Assembly (NCBI RefSeq): GCF_009914755.1
Contig: NC_060926.1
Reading direction: 5' to 3' (one strand)
Length of the DNA: 64,000 nt
Source: the human T2T-CHM13v2.0 reference genome, Homo sapiens
The notes beneath the pieces are model-generated. The model ran no database searches. It was not told where the DNA came from and worked only from the letters and a program-made list of their open reading frames with translations. Of the stretch, positions 12,631 to 25,224 are shown piece by piece. Positions within the stretch are counted from its first letter, which is position 1. Each line of letters starts with the position of its first letter. The position numbers and the translations under genes were made by a program.

Positions 12631-14431
12631 GATGCCCAGGCATTTGTTTTATTACTCTATAAACTACACATATGCCCTATTGTATGTAAAATTGTCATCA
12701 TTAAAAATAAAACTAAACCTGCAACTTTAAGACAACCAACAAAGACCAGTAATCAAAAGGTAAGTGATTTTCCCAGGTTACTTCACAAGTAAATGGCCAA
12801 ACCTGGACTTGAACCCAGATGACTTGGTGTCAGAGTCCAAGACTGTAATTTACTATGAATTACTACACAATATATGCTAAATGTCTTTTTAAAAACCTCC
12901 CTGAATCTCAGTGTCTACATCTGTAAAATGGAAATTAAATATATGTTTGTAAAGTTCTAAGCACATTGCTTAGCCTGTGATGAGTGCTCAGTCAGATAAT
13001 ACTTAGAAGAAGGAGAAAAATCAGAAGGGATAAAGGAAAGAAGGAAGAAGGGAAGGAAGGGAGAGAGAGAGAGAGACCCCAAATGAGAAATCATATTCTT
13101 AAAGGAACTACACATGCCCAATTTAGAAAATACACAAAGTAGAAGTGTAAACTAGAAAATCTGTTTTCTCTTCATTGCTGCAGGCCCCAGAGCATCTGGT
13201 CTCATTAAAGTTGCAAAAGTCGAATATCCTATTGAAAATTCTCTTTGGTGTAGGAAATTAAGTTAAATTAAAAACATGACCTTTCTCTCAAACTGGCAAA
13301 AGTGATCTCGTTCTCTGAGCGTGATCATATCCTTCATCAATACATCAAAACCAGACGTCGCTGCGGGACTTCTATGACTGAGCCATCAACCTCCTCTGAG
13401 ACTCCCGTTTATTTGGCTCCATTCAGGCAAAGAGGATCAGGTTCTTTATAAAATCCAAAGGAAGAAGGTGATATCCACCCAGGGAGGAGGGTTTCGGGTC
13501 TTCTCTAACATTTCACAGGCCACTCACTCAAAGACAGAGCTGCTAACAGCCTGGAGGGTTGCTGCCCCCTCTCCTCACTTTGGAGACAACATTGGGGGAT
13601 GAGAGACGGTGCAGACAGGATTGCTCTCTCTGGAAGAAATTGAGTTGAGAGTTCAATTGTAATCCTATGAAGCCTAGCTGGGGAGACCCCTGGATCCTGA
13701 TGGGGACTCTAGGCAGGAACATGCATCCAAAGCCTGGAAGCAGCACCTCTCTCTTGTTCTCTGCTTTGCCCATCCCCTCCTACACAAAGGTCCTCCAGAA
13801 CAACGAGGCATTATTAGTACAGCTTCACCGTCCACCAAACAACCACAAAGCTCATGCCTTCTCTGGCAACCCTACTCACACCCAGGCCTTTCTGGAGGCC
13901 CTTCTGCAGTCCAGGGAGGGCTCAAGGGGAAAAGGAGCTCTCCAAAGGGCAGAGCTGCACTGACAAGATAGGAGCCTAGAGCAATGGCAGCCATGGGAGA
14001 AAGTGACTGGCCTTCTGAAGCCAAGCTCCAAAGAGACACTCAAAAATTGAGATTAAAAATTTATGCATAAGCATGCCAATTGGCATGCTATTTATAGACC
14101 TGGATAACCTAAAACAATTTAATTGCCCCAGTTTAGAAAATGGTTAAGTAAATCATGGTCTAACTCTACCATATCACTTAAAATAGCCTGTGTCACATGA
14201 AAAACTCTAGTCTTCAACAAGAGGATTTTTTTCCAATTAAATTGTTATTGCTATTATTATTGCAACCTATATATTAACATTAACTAGAACTTTACAATTT
14301 ATGAGTTTTCCTTCTATTGAAACTATCTCATTTAATCAACACAAACATATGAGCTAGATATTATCCTCATTATATAGATAAACAGATGCTTAGAAAGATT
14401 AAATGACTTGCCCAAGGTCAGGCATCAAATA

Positions 14432-14531
14432 AGTGGCAGAGAAGAAATTCAAGCCCAGGTTCTCCAACACTATCCCCAGATCTCCTTCTACAATGTTACG
14501 TACGTCCCATCAATAGGAACTAGGCAGAGTA

Positions 14532-14577
<46 letters not shown>

Positions 14578-14695
14578 GGTAAACTCCATATAAAGGGGCT
14601 TCATATAATTATTAAATGCACTAGAAAGTGTGTTTAATCAATATCAAGAGCCAAAAGAGACTGTTGATATGGTTGTACTGAAAGAGCAAAGACAT
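14432..14695 (+). repeat. Copy 1 of a ~270-bp local duplication containing a (CA)n microsatellite
   Basis: Colinear with 18860-19140, e.g. aatggtaaactccatat…aatgcactagaaa…tgtttaatcaatatcaagagccaaaagagact…gcaaagacat. Confidence 0.9.
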
Positions 14696-16875
14696 TTGCA
14701 ACTCTAGGAAGGTTTTTACCCCAGACCCTTTAAAGTCAAAAGTCTGCTAAATAAATCTGAAAGGACAGGGTAAATGTCTCTAAAATTTAAAAATTAATAA
14801 TAATAATATTAATATGGAGAAGGAGACAAGGAAGAGGGGGAAAGAAGGGGGGTAAAGAAGGAAGAGGAAAAAAGGAGGAGGAGAAATTAATGGTGACAAA
14901 AGAGTATTTATTATATAATTTTCATAATAAGCATCTAACAACTCCTGAAAAATCCCTTAAGGATTATACAGTGGGAAACCAGAATCACACAGAGAGTTTC
15001 TTTATTTCCTTGACACTTTCAATTGTTTTGGTCTCCAAAAACTTTTCAGAGTGAAAATAAGTACAGAAACCCTCCCTAAACATCTTATTTTCTGGGCTTG
15101 TTTCTACTGGATGAATAGAGGATCTGAAGTCTAAGACAGGCATTTGAAGGAGTGTTTAAAAACATGCAATACCTATAGATGTGGTTTCTTTCAGAATAAT
15201 AATAATAATTAATTAAAGGCAGGAAAAAACAAACAACCCAAAGCATGCTGATAAAGAAAAAATTATACTGGAGGAATAAAATATGAAATAATGTTTATGT
15301 GTGTGCAAGTAAACAGGGGATAAAAGGGTAATCAGGAAGACGAAATGAGTACTTAATTCTACCCAAGTATTAAACCTACTGTACAAAACATTGTCACATT
15401 GACAGGTTTCTAACAGACTCCTAACTTCAATTCATATTTCTTCATTCAGCCCTTTCAATGGACCCATCTGCTACTAATGAAAACCTACAACTGTCACTAA
15501 GGAATCCAATATTCTTAAGTTTTCCATAAAGGTCTCTTTGAAAACAAAATAGAACTTGAGTAGCTAAACTATTTTTAAAAGAATAGACCATAGATTGTGC
15601 AGTGTTACTTTCCCCACACTCTAGCATGCACTGAAGTCTTAATTAAAGCTGTAGCTATCTGAACTATTTTGGCCTTTGACTTTATAGCACAGTATGTAAT
15701 TCCTATTGGTATAGTAAATCAGTTACTTCATTTGTTAAAACTGAATAAAGTTTATAAGCCTATCAAAATACCTCTTGTTTCTTGTAAATGTTTAGGAAAC
15801 ATTTCTGAAATGTTTCTGAAAGTTAAGGTCTTAAGAGTTAGCAGAAACCAAAGAGTGACCTCACTTTGCACTTTGCTTCCTTCCGAATGAAGCAAGACCT
15901 TCCCTCTACAAGGGGCAGAAGAGCCACAGACATCACAGTAGGGAGTCAAAGAGGAGATGGACTACAAAGACAATCAGGCTTTTCTCACAACCATACAAGG
16001 CCCTTGCAGATGCTATGCTTTATTTATTAATGACGTAGCAGCCTCCATTAAAAATGGCATCTGCATTCCCAAGACATATGAGTGAGAAATGAAGTAGGAA
16101 GGAAGAGTGAGGTCTCAATCCACATGGTAACACTTGGGGAAAACTTAGTATTCCCTGCATCACTTCTTAAAAATCATTTTACACTCTTGCTTTTCAGCAG
16201 GGTCTTGAAACAATGCCTGTATGAAAAACGTAATAAAAATCAAGGTCTCACCAAATATTCTGAAGGACTACAGCTCTGCCTATAAGGTACTAAGTCTATA
16301 AGATGCAAATAACATGACATTGACCTCATTGGGTTTTGGACTTTAAATGAGAAAATCATGAAATATATACTTAGTGTAATGCTTAGCACAGAATGAGAGT
16401 TCTAACTTACTGTTGTTGCTATTATGGCTGTTGCTGTTGCTAGTGCTGTTTTAAGAAGCCCCATATGGCAAGCCCTGAGCTCCTTCTACAGAAGCTTGGA
16501 AATGGTGCAGCCTTTTGATGACTTAACACCTTCCTAGCTAGTTTTGAGAGATACTCACATTGATGCCCAGCTCTTTTGAGGCTAATGCAGTATTTGGAAA
16601 ACACTTCCATGTTAGAACAACACAGCCATAACAAAAATGTTCATGGTTTACTCATGTCTAGCCCATTGCAAATTATGAGGTTCCTTCACAGATTTCAAGC
16701 TACCTCAAAAGAGCTGTCATTGCTTGCTGTCTCATTTACACTCTTCTTAATCCCTTTTGAACACAATTTACTCAGGCTTTTGACTCCACTATTGTACTAA
16801 AACAGCTTTTATCAAGACCTTCTGTGATTCCTAGAAGTGAATTTTCACCTCTAATTCTTCCTTATCTAGCTAGCC

Positions 16876-16969
16876 ATCTGTATCATCTATCTTCTATCTA
16901 TCATCTATCTACCTATCTATCTATCTATCTTCTATCTATCTATCATCTATCTATCTAGTCTATCTATCT
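16876..16969. repeat. (TCTA/TATC)n tetranucleotide microsatellite, within L2-like sequence
   Basis: Interrupted tctatctatcta… array. Confidence 0.9.
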
Positions 16970-18859
16970 GGGCAATCTCATACAGACTCATGGCTTTAAA
17001 TGCATTTTATCTACTAATGGCTCCAAAATGTGTGTCTTCAACCAAAACTTGACTTACATATCAAACTGCTTTCTCAGTATCTCTAAATACTAAATAGGTA
17101 CCTCAACTTTATCATATCCAAAATCAGATTTGAAATTTTTATCTCCAAATATGCTTGTCTTAGTCTCCTCCAACTCACTAATGGGCAAATCTCTTTCCAG
17201 TTGTTAAAAACAAGATCCTTGGAGACAGCATTTGTTCCTCTTTTCTCTTATAACCTATATCTAATCTATCACAACTTCTATGGTTTCTGTCACTAAAATA
17301 GGCATAGAAAATATAACTTCTCATCATCTCCTCCACTACTCCTGACTAAGCGAGATGGAAAGCTATTGGGAGAACTAGGAGCAGAGGAATAACATGTTAT
17401 GCCTTAGGTTTAAAAAGACCTCTGACTTTACTGATAATAAACTATAGGGGGCCGATGGTGGAAACAGGGAGCTGATCATATGTCTATTTCAACAATCCAG
17501 ACACTAGATAACAGTATTTATGGCCATATTTATTGCTTAGAACAATATCTGACCTACAGTAAGTGCTCAGTAAATGTTGCTGAATGAGGGAATGAATGTA
17601 GAACCAGCAGATTCTGGAGGGACTGGGACAAAGGAGAGAGTTTGTCATGATAGAAGGTAGATTGGACAAGCTACTCTCTTGAGGCAAACAGAGCACCAGT
17701 GTATACAACACTCAATAGATGCTCTATAATTGTGTGCTTAGTAATTGGTTAATTGGTGGATGGATGGATTGACTAATGGAAGGACGTTAGGAAATATAAG
17801 AAGAGGGGAATGGGAAAATGAGGCCCAGAGGAAACCATATACCCAGAGTCATCACCAGAGTACCCAAGGAAAGGAATGTGGGAAAGATACCTGCTCATTA
17901 AAGCTATCAGACTCTCCAAAAAAAACTTATTACACTCAGAAATATGTTTGAATTTTCAATGTTACATGAAATTGGCCATATACATGGTAACGGTTTTATT
18001 TGATCTTTGACAGTTTGACAATTACAAATATTTCATTGAGCCAAAATTTCAAAATATATATTAAAGTACTGTTTTAACCCAACTGATTATGACACTTCAT
18101 TTCAACAATCTCTACTCCTTTAGGGTTCTGCTTACTATTTGAACTCACCCTTCACACTAACACTTCAACCCTCCATCACATAAAACACGTCTTACCTTCA
18201 TGGCCATTTAAGCCATGTGAGTTTGGATTTATTCTTGGGTAATATAAACATGTAAAAGATACAAAAAAGCCCCTTTTTCTCTCCCCTAGAAATTTCTCAG
18301 TGACTTATGCAAAAGCCACTGTTAGTTTACTTCTCTACCATTCTGGTTGCTTCATTCAACATCCCTGGCTCAGAATTCCTGGGAGAGACTGCACAGCCAT
18401 CAGCAGTGGCCTAGGATTAGGAGGGACAGCCAACCCCTGTGCTATGATAGTTCAGCACTATGGACAGCAATGTGTGCGTTTTTGTGCCCCCCCCCAAAAA
18501 ATATTTAACGTATGCTCTAATTATACCCAGAATGTATCCACATTACATTAGCTTGGGTCAAAAAACAGCAATAATAATAACAGGTGAGATTTACTGAATA
18601 TTTAATATGTGCCAAACTTTGTACTAATGTATTTGTTCCTATGTTTCATCCTCTCAGGAATTCTCCAAGACAGGTATTATTATTTCTTTATATATTTATG
18701 AATATAAATTATGTATTTATTAATGAATATTTACAAATTATATATTATGAATGAAGAATCTATTGTTTAGAGAGATTAAACAATTTGCCAAACATAGACA
18801 ACTAATAAGCCTTTAGACTAAGTCCTTTATCCTTTTGCTATATATCTGTACCTGCATAC

Positions 18860-18966
18860 AGTGGCAGAAAAGAAGTTCAAACCCAGGTTCTCCAATACTA
18901 ACCCCAGATCTCCTTCTACAAGGTTACATATGTCCCATCAGTCGGAGGTGGGCAGAGTAGAGACAC

Positions 18967-19007
<41 letters not shown>

Positions 19008-19140
19008 CCCACACACACAAATGGTAAACTCCATATGAAGGGGCTTCAGATAATTACTAAATGCACTAGAAAATGTGTTTAATCAATATCAAGAGCCAAA
19101 AGAGACTTTTGATATGATCGTGCTGAAAGCGCAAAGACAT
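18860..19140 (+). repeat. Copy 2 of the local duplication with (CA)n
   Basis: Matches 14432-14695. Confidence 0.9.
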
Positions 19141-19810
19141 GTATGTATGTCTTACAAACTATGTAAGATTTCCTCTTGAGTGTCTGATGGAGCCCTCAGT
19201 TTAGGGGGCCTCTAGCCCACTACTGGATAAAAACCAGTAGAAAAAGATTCTATCTCAGAGGAGAAAATATGATAAGCATCAGGTGCATCCAAGGAAAGCC
19301 TATGACTGTGCAAGTGAGAGGGAAGGGGCCTCTGGAGACAAGTTCTCCCCAGGCGTACGGATGGGTTGTTCGCAAGGTCTCCAGGGCACATAAACCACAA
19401 CGATAGGCACATTCCATTCACAAACATTTGAATGTTTCCATTTTCATGTCTCTGATGTCTACATTTTTTCCCAAGTATTGCAGTTTTCTAATCAGTCCCG
19501 CATGTCTGTTCTCAGCTATGTATCTAAGAGCCAGACAGACAAGCTGCAGAGTCCTTGGCCACAGAAGCACCTGGCTCCCCAAGGATGTGTGTCTCATTTT
19601 CTTAAACCTAGCAGAGGCTCTTTGATCTCCCTGCTTGGACAAGATTGCAGCCAGGCCTACTCTTCACAACTCACCATGTTTCCAGACCCAGGCTTTTCCT
19701 TCTCCAGATCCCTTCCCTGCCCAGTGACACTCAGCCTTCTCCCACCCCTTCCTTATCTCCCACAACTCGGAGCAGGCATCTCTCTTGGTCCTCCTCCCAC
19801 CTACAGAAGA

Positions 19811-19995
19811 CAGCCTTGATTCTTGGACAGGCCCAAACTTAAGCAACATTCCTTTGACTTTCCATGAACCTGTGTTCCTGTGAGACTGGAAGGCAACCTT
19901 GATTCTTCTGGTCCAGAAGGCAACCTTGATCTTGGACAACCCCAGACTTAAGCATCATTTCTTTGACTTTTTATGAACTTGTGTTCTTGTGGGAC
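19811..19995 (+). repeat. Short complex tandem duplication (~75-bp unit plus duplicated gaaggcaaccttgat)
   Basis: ccttgat(t)cttggaca…acttaagca…ctttgactt…atgaac.tgtgttc.tgtg occurs at ~19814 and ~19924. Confidence 0.8.
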
Positions 19996-22683
19996 CATGG
20001 ATCCCAATTTTGCCGTGGTCCCCACACTCTCACACTCACAACTTTGAGTCTCCCACATTGTTTCCCCTTACCTTAGGATACCACCTCCACATATATATAT
20101 AAATAAATACATATATATATAATATATATGCTCACACACACACACACACACATACACACACATGCATATGTTGATGTATGCATGGGTGTATCTGTGCACA
20201 TAAGTTTCCCTGGTACCTAATTATTGACTACCTAAAGGTGTCTAATTCTTCCCTGAATTCCTAAATTCTGGTAAAGTTTCAGGCACATAGAATGAAGCCA
20301 AGTATCTGAAAAGTGAATTTAAAGGCAGAGCATGTGCATAGAATTTTTGCCCAAACTGAAACAAGAATAACTCTCCCATGAGCCTTAGCCAGGAAGAGTC
20401 TAGCCTGTCTGTGTGCACAGCTCCAGAGTTGGGAGACATCACAGAACCACCAAACCTACCCCCTGCTGCTGCCAATAAGGGAGTTGGCCAGGAAACACTT
20501 TTCCATCAAGCACCACAAATAATTCATCCCACAGACTCCCATGATCACACCTTCTATGTGCCAGGCCCTCCAGCTATGAATAAGAAACCAACGTGGTTTA
20601 ATTTATAACTGCTTTTTTTAAAATTCTGAAGAAAGCTGAATTCATAAAACAGGAGATAACAAAGGAAATTATTTTTGCTGAATAACTACTGTGTGCCAGG
20701 TTAATTGCACACATTGTCCCATGTAAGCATTGCACCAACTGAGAGAAAGAAATCATTTTCTCCATCTCAGGAAACTCTAGGAAGATGTGACCCTCAGTCT
20801 GTGGGCCCCAAGGTGCGTGCTGTGAGATTGGGGATTGATTGCACCAGCATCCCTGTTCCACTCACTATCTGTTTCCATTTCTTCTGCAGTTCATCAGAGA
20901 CGGTAACCCAATTTGAACACATATTACAATACAGTCTACTAATGTTTCTTCATAATAGAAAAACAGTAAAGATTTCCTGTCATAATACTAAATGCCACTT
21001 AAAGGAGTTACAGATGCTGAATCTGAGCAGATTAGCCAAGTTATGGTATAAACTCCAAGTTTCAGAACTGTATCCCTGAGGCAAAGTAAAATGTCCAGTG
21101 GTGGTTACCCCATTCCTCCACAAAAATAAAAAAAAACAGTTTTCTAAAATGTGATGCATATAAAATATTAAATTTCTTAAACTATGTTGGCTTTTGGCTG
21201 GTTGCATGTTTTCTGTTGGAGTTAATACCACATGTTAAGGTGTGGGAATTTAAGATAGGCATCTAAGACAGTGAGCCATTTAAGAAAACCAAAATTTAAA
21301 AACAGCAATGCTCTCCACACACTCCAACTTGTGTTACATTGCCTTTAGTCCTCACCGTTTGTTTTTTGTTTGTTTGTTTTTTGCTATGCAATGTGGAATC
21401 CTTGGCCACAGCTCTGGGCAATCAGAGCAGAGAAGCACATGCTGAACAAGTAATTGGTGTTGATGTGTGTCCTCTAGGCTCTGCTTTTTGGGAGGCCTTG
21501 CCAATGTCCTCATTGAGATCATTATCTTCCAGCTTTGTGCTTTGATCCCAGATCTGGAAAAAGTGTGCTTCCTAGGCTGCAGGCCTCCCCCATCCTATAT
21601 CTCCCTCCTTATCTCAGAGCACTGTCACTGAGTCAAGAGTTGGATCGGCTTCTCACTGTTCATGATCTTTACATAATAGCTGACACATTAAATTATGATG
21701 TATCTTCACTGGGCTAAGCTCATTACATGAATGATTTTATTTATTCTTCACAATTCAATTATGCATATATTTTAATTACCCCATTTTACAAATAGTGAAA
21801 CTAGAGCTATCCTAGAAGACAGATTCCACAAGGACTTTGTCTTACGTTGCTGTAATTCCAGGGCCTAGAACACTGCCTGTGTCTAAGTGCTCAAGAAGTA
21901 ATCATTAAGTCGATGAATGAATGAATGAAGCCAAGGAAAATTAACTTAGTTGTCCAAGCCATACAACTAGTAAGTGTTGAGTCTGGAGAATATTTACGAA
22001 AGTGGGATTTCCTGTGTTCTTGTGTGATGCCCATGTTGACATTCCCCAGGCAGGTTCAAGATAGGAGTCAACTTGGCAGCACGGTGCAGGGCACAAGGCA
22101 CAGGCTGGGAGGGACACAGGCCTGAGACCTGGGCTCAGTTCTGCAGCTTACTAAGTGACATTAGACAAATCACTTAACTTCTCTTAGCTTCAGATTCCTC
22201 ATCTATAAAATAAGAACAATAATACTCACTTTTTAGTGTGCTTGTGTGGATTATAAGAGCTAAAATATGTGAAGTGCCTAGTGAAGTGTATTTTATATAG
22301 TATGTGTTCAACAATTTGTAGCTATTGTATAATGATTCTTAACCTTACCATACCCCAAAAAAGCACAGCATCACTTCTCCAAATCTAATCATGAGGACTT
22401 ATTACACAGTCCCAAAGGTGGGACATTTTACCATATAATCAGCCTATCATCTTCAAAATTGTTGTGATTATGAAAGTCATGGAAAGACTAAGAAACAAGT
22501 TGAGACTGAAGGAGACTAAAGACACATGACAACTGAATGCAATATAAGATCATGACTTGGATCCTTTTTCTATAAAAGCCATTGTTAGGCAAATTGGTGA
22601 AACTTGAATGAGATCTGCAGGTTAGATGGCAGTAATATATCAGTGTTAATTTTCTGATTTTGATTTTGATAGTTGAATGGAAG

Positions 22684-22993
22684 TTTTTTTTGTTTTGTTT
22701 TTTGTTTTTTGAGACAGAGTCTCACTCTATCTCCCAGGCTGGAGTACAGTGGAGTGATCTCTCGGCTCACTGCAGCCTCCATCTCCTGGGTTCAAGCAAT
22801 TCTCCTGCTTCAGCCTCCTGAGTAGCTGAGATTACAGGTGCCTGCTACCACGCCCGACTAATTTTTGTATTTTCAGTAGAGATGGGGTTTCACCACGTTG
22901 GCCAGGCTAGTATCAAACTCCTGACTTCAGGTGATTCGCCCGCCTCCGCCTCCCAAAATGCTGGGATTACAAGCATAAGCCACCGCACCAGGC
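22684..22993 (-). mobile_element. AluS-type element with TSD, inserted in an old L1M 3' end (~22380-23140)
   Basis: Reverse dimeric Alu with T tail; ATGGAAG at 22677-22683 and 22994-23000. Confidence 0.92.
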
Positions 22994-23842
22994 ATGGAAG
23001 GTTCTTATTTGTCAGAATTACACAAAATATTCAATGGTAAAAGGGTGTCATATTGGCAACTTATCCTCATAGTTCAGGGGAAAAACTATTTTTAATATTT
23101 CAGCAAGTTTTCTGTAAATTTAAAATTGTATTAAAATAGAAAAATAAAACTTCACTGGGAAATAGAAAAGACAATTTTAATAAGCATAGAAACCATATTT
23201 CTGGAATGGGAAGACTATATATGGCAAAAATATAACCTCTTCAAAATAAATTCTATAAAAATCAATGCACTTCAAATAAAATTCCACTAGCAATTTAAAT
23301 TCATTCTAAACTTCCTGAAAGCAGAAGGGTAAAATAGCCAGTGAAATACTGAAAACCAAAGATCACAGGGAGGAATTGGTATTGCAAAACATTTAAATTT
23401 ATTTCAAAGTTATAATCATTGTAAGAACATGGGTCTTATACTAGTCTGCAAAATAGAAAAATTGAACAGAATAAAAGGCAACTCAAATGTGTCAAGTACA
23501 AAAATGGCATTTGAAATCAGAAAGCAAAGGATAAGTTACTTCATTAGAATCACTGGTTAACAATTTGGGGGAGGGGGAATTTAACTATGTACCTAATACT
23601 ACATAGAAAATAAATTTCATATACATAAAAGTTTAAACACAAATAATATAAGTCTCTAAAAGTAACACAGAAATGTAACTCAATACTTCTAAAATTTTGG
23701 GGTACAAAAGGACTTTCTAAATGACTCCAAAGGCAGAAAGAAAAAGAAAGATACAGGTAGAATTGTGTATATATATGTTTAAAATATTTGTGCATCAAAA
23801 AGTAAGCAAAGGTAAAATATTTGTGATAAAATTAGCAGCTGG

Positions 23843-23945
23843 GGCCAGGCACAATGACTTACAACTGTAATTCCAGTGCTCTGGAAGGCCAAAGTGGGAG
23901 GATTGCTTATTGACTAGTCTGGGCAACATAGTGTGACTCCTTTCA
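23843..23945 (+). mobile_element. FLAM-like Alu monomer
   Basis: ggccaggcacaatg…tgtaattccag…gaaggccaaagtgggaggattgctt…ctgggcaacatagtg. Confidence 0.75.
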
Positions 23946-24218
23946 ATAAACAATTTTTTTTAAATCAGCAAAGGCTTAGTAACCTTACTATTGAAAAAGC
24001 ATTATATATCAATTAGAAAAAATACTGTAAAAAAGAACAGCAAGGAATAATTCACATAAGAAGAAATATACATGGTCAAAAAACATATGAAAATTAATGT
24101 TTAACTTCATTAGAAAATGCAAATTACAAAATGTCATTTCACCCAAAACATTATTTATAATAAGAAGAAAGTGGAAATAAACAAATTCTGAAAATACAAA
24201 AACTATTACATATAATAT

Positions 24219-24818
24219 TGTGGTGGGCAGAAATATAAGATGGCTACCAAGATTCCCTGTCCCTAGTGTACATATCCTGCATAATCCTGGAAACTATCAA
24301 TGTGATGGATTGCACTCTCCTAATTAGATTATGTTATCTGACACAGTTGACCTTAAGCCGGGGGAGATTATTCTGTGTGCCTGCCCTAACCATATAAGCC
24401 CTTTAAAGTGAACAGTTCTCTCCAGCAGATCACAGAAAAGGAAGTCAAAGATTCAAAACACAATAAAAATTCAATGCACCAATGCTGGCTTGAAGATAGA
24501 GGGGCCACATGGCAGAGAAGGCAGGTGGCTTCAGCTGCTAAGAATAGGAAGCCAGCAAGGAAACAAGGACCTCAGTTCTACACACTTAAGGAACTTAATT
24601 CTGCTACCAAGAATGAGCTTGAAAGCAATTCTTCTCAGAGCCTCCAGAGAACTCAGCCCAGCTGACACTTTGATTTTGCCCTTGTGAGACCCTGAGCAGG
24701 GAACTCAGTCATATCATGCAAGACTTCTGACCTACAGAACTGTGGGCTAATAATTGAGTATTGTTTTAAGGTGCTAAATTTGTAGTAATTTGTTACACAT
24801 CAATAGAACACTAATACA
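24219..24818 (+). mobile_element. MaLR solo LTR (MLT1D/E-like) with 5-bp TSD
   Basis: TG…CA termini (tgtggtgggcaga…atagaacactaataca); AATAT at 24214-24218 and 24819-24823; typical gacttctgacctacagaactgt segment. Confidence 0.88.
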
Positions 24819-24898
24819 AATATATTCATATAAACTACTTGATAGTAACTAAATTTTGTATTTTCACTAAAAGTGCAAAAAATGGAAAATGTTCATGA

Positions 24899-25224
<326 letters not shown>

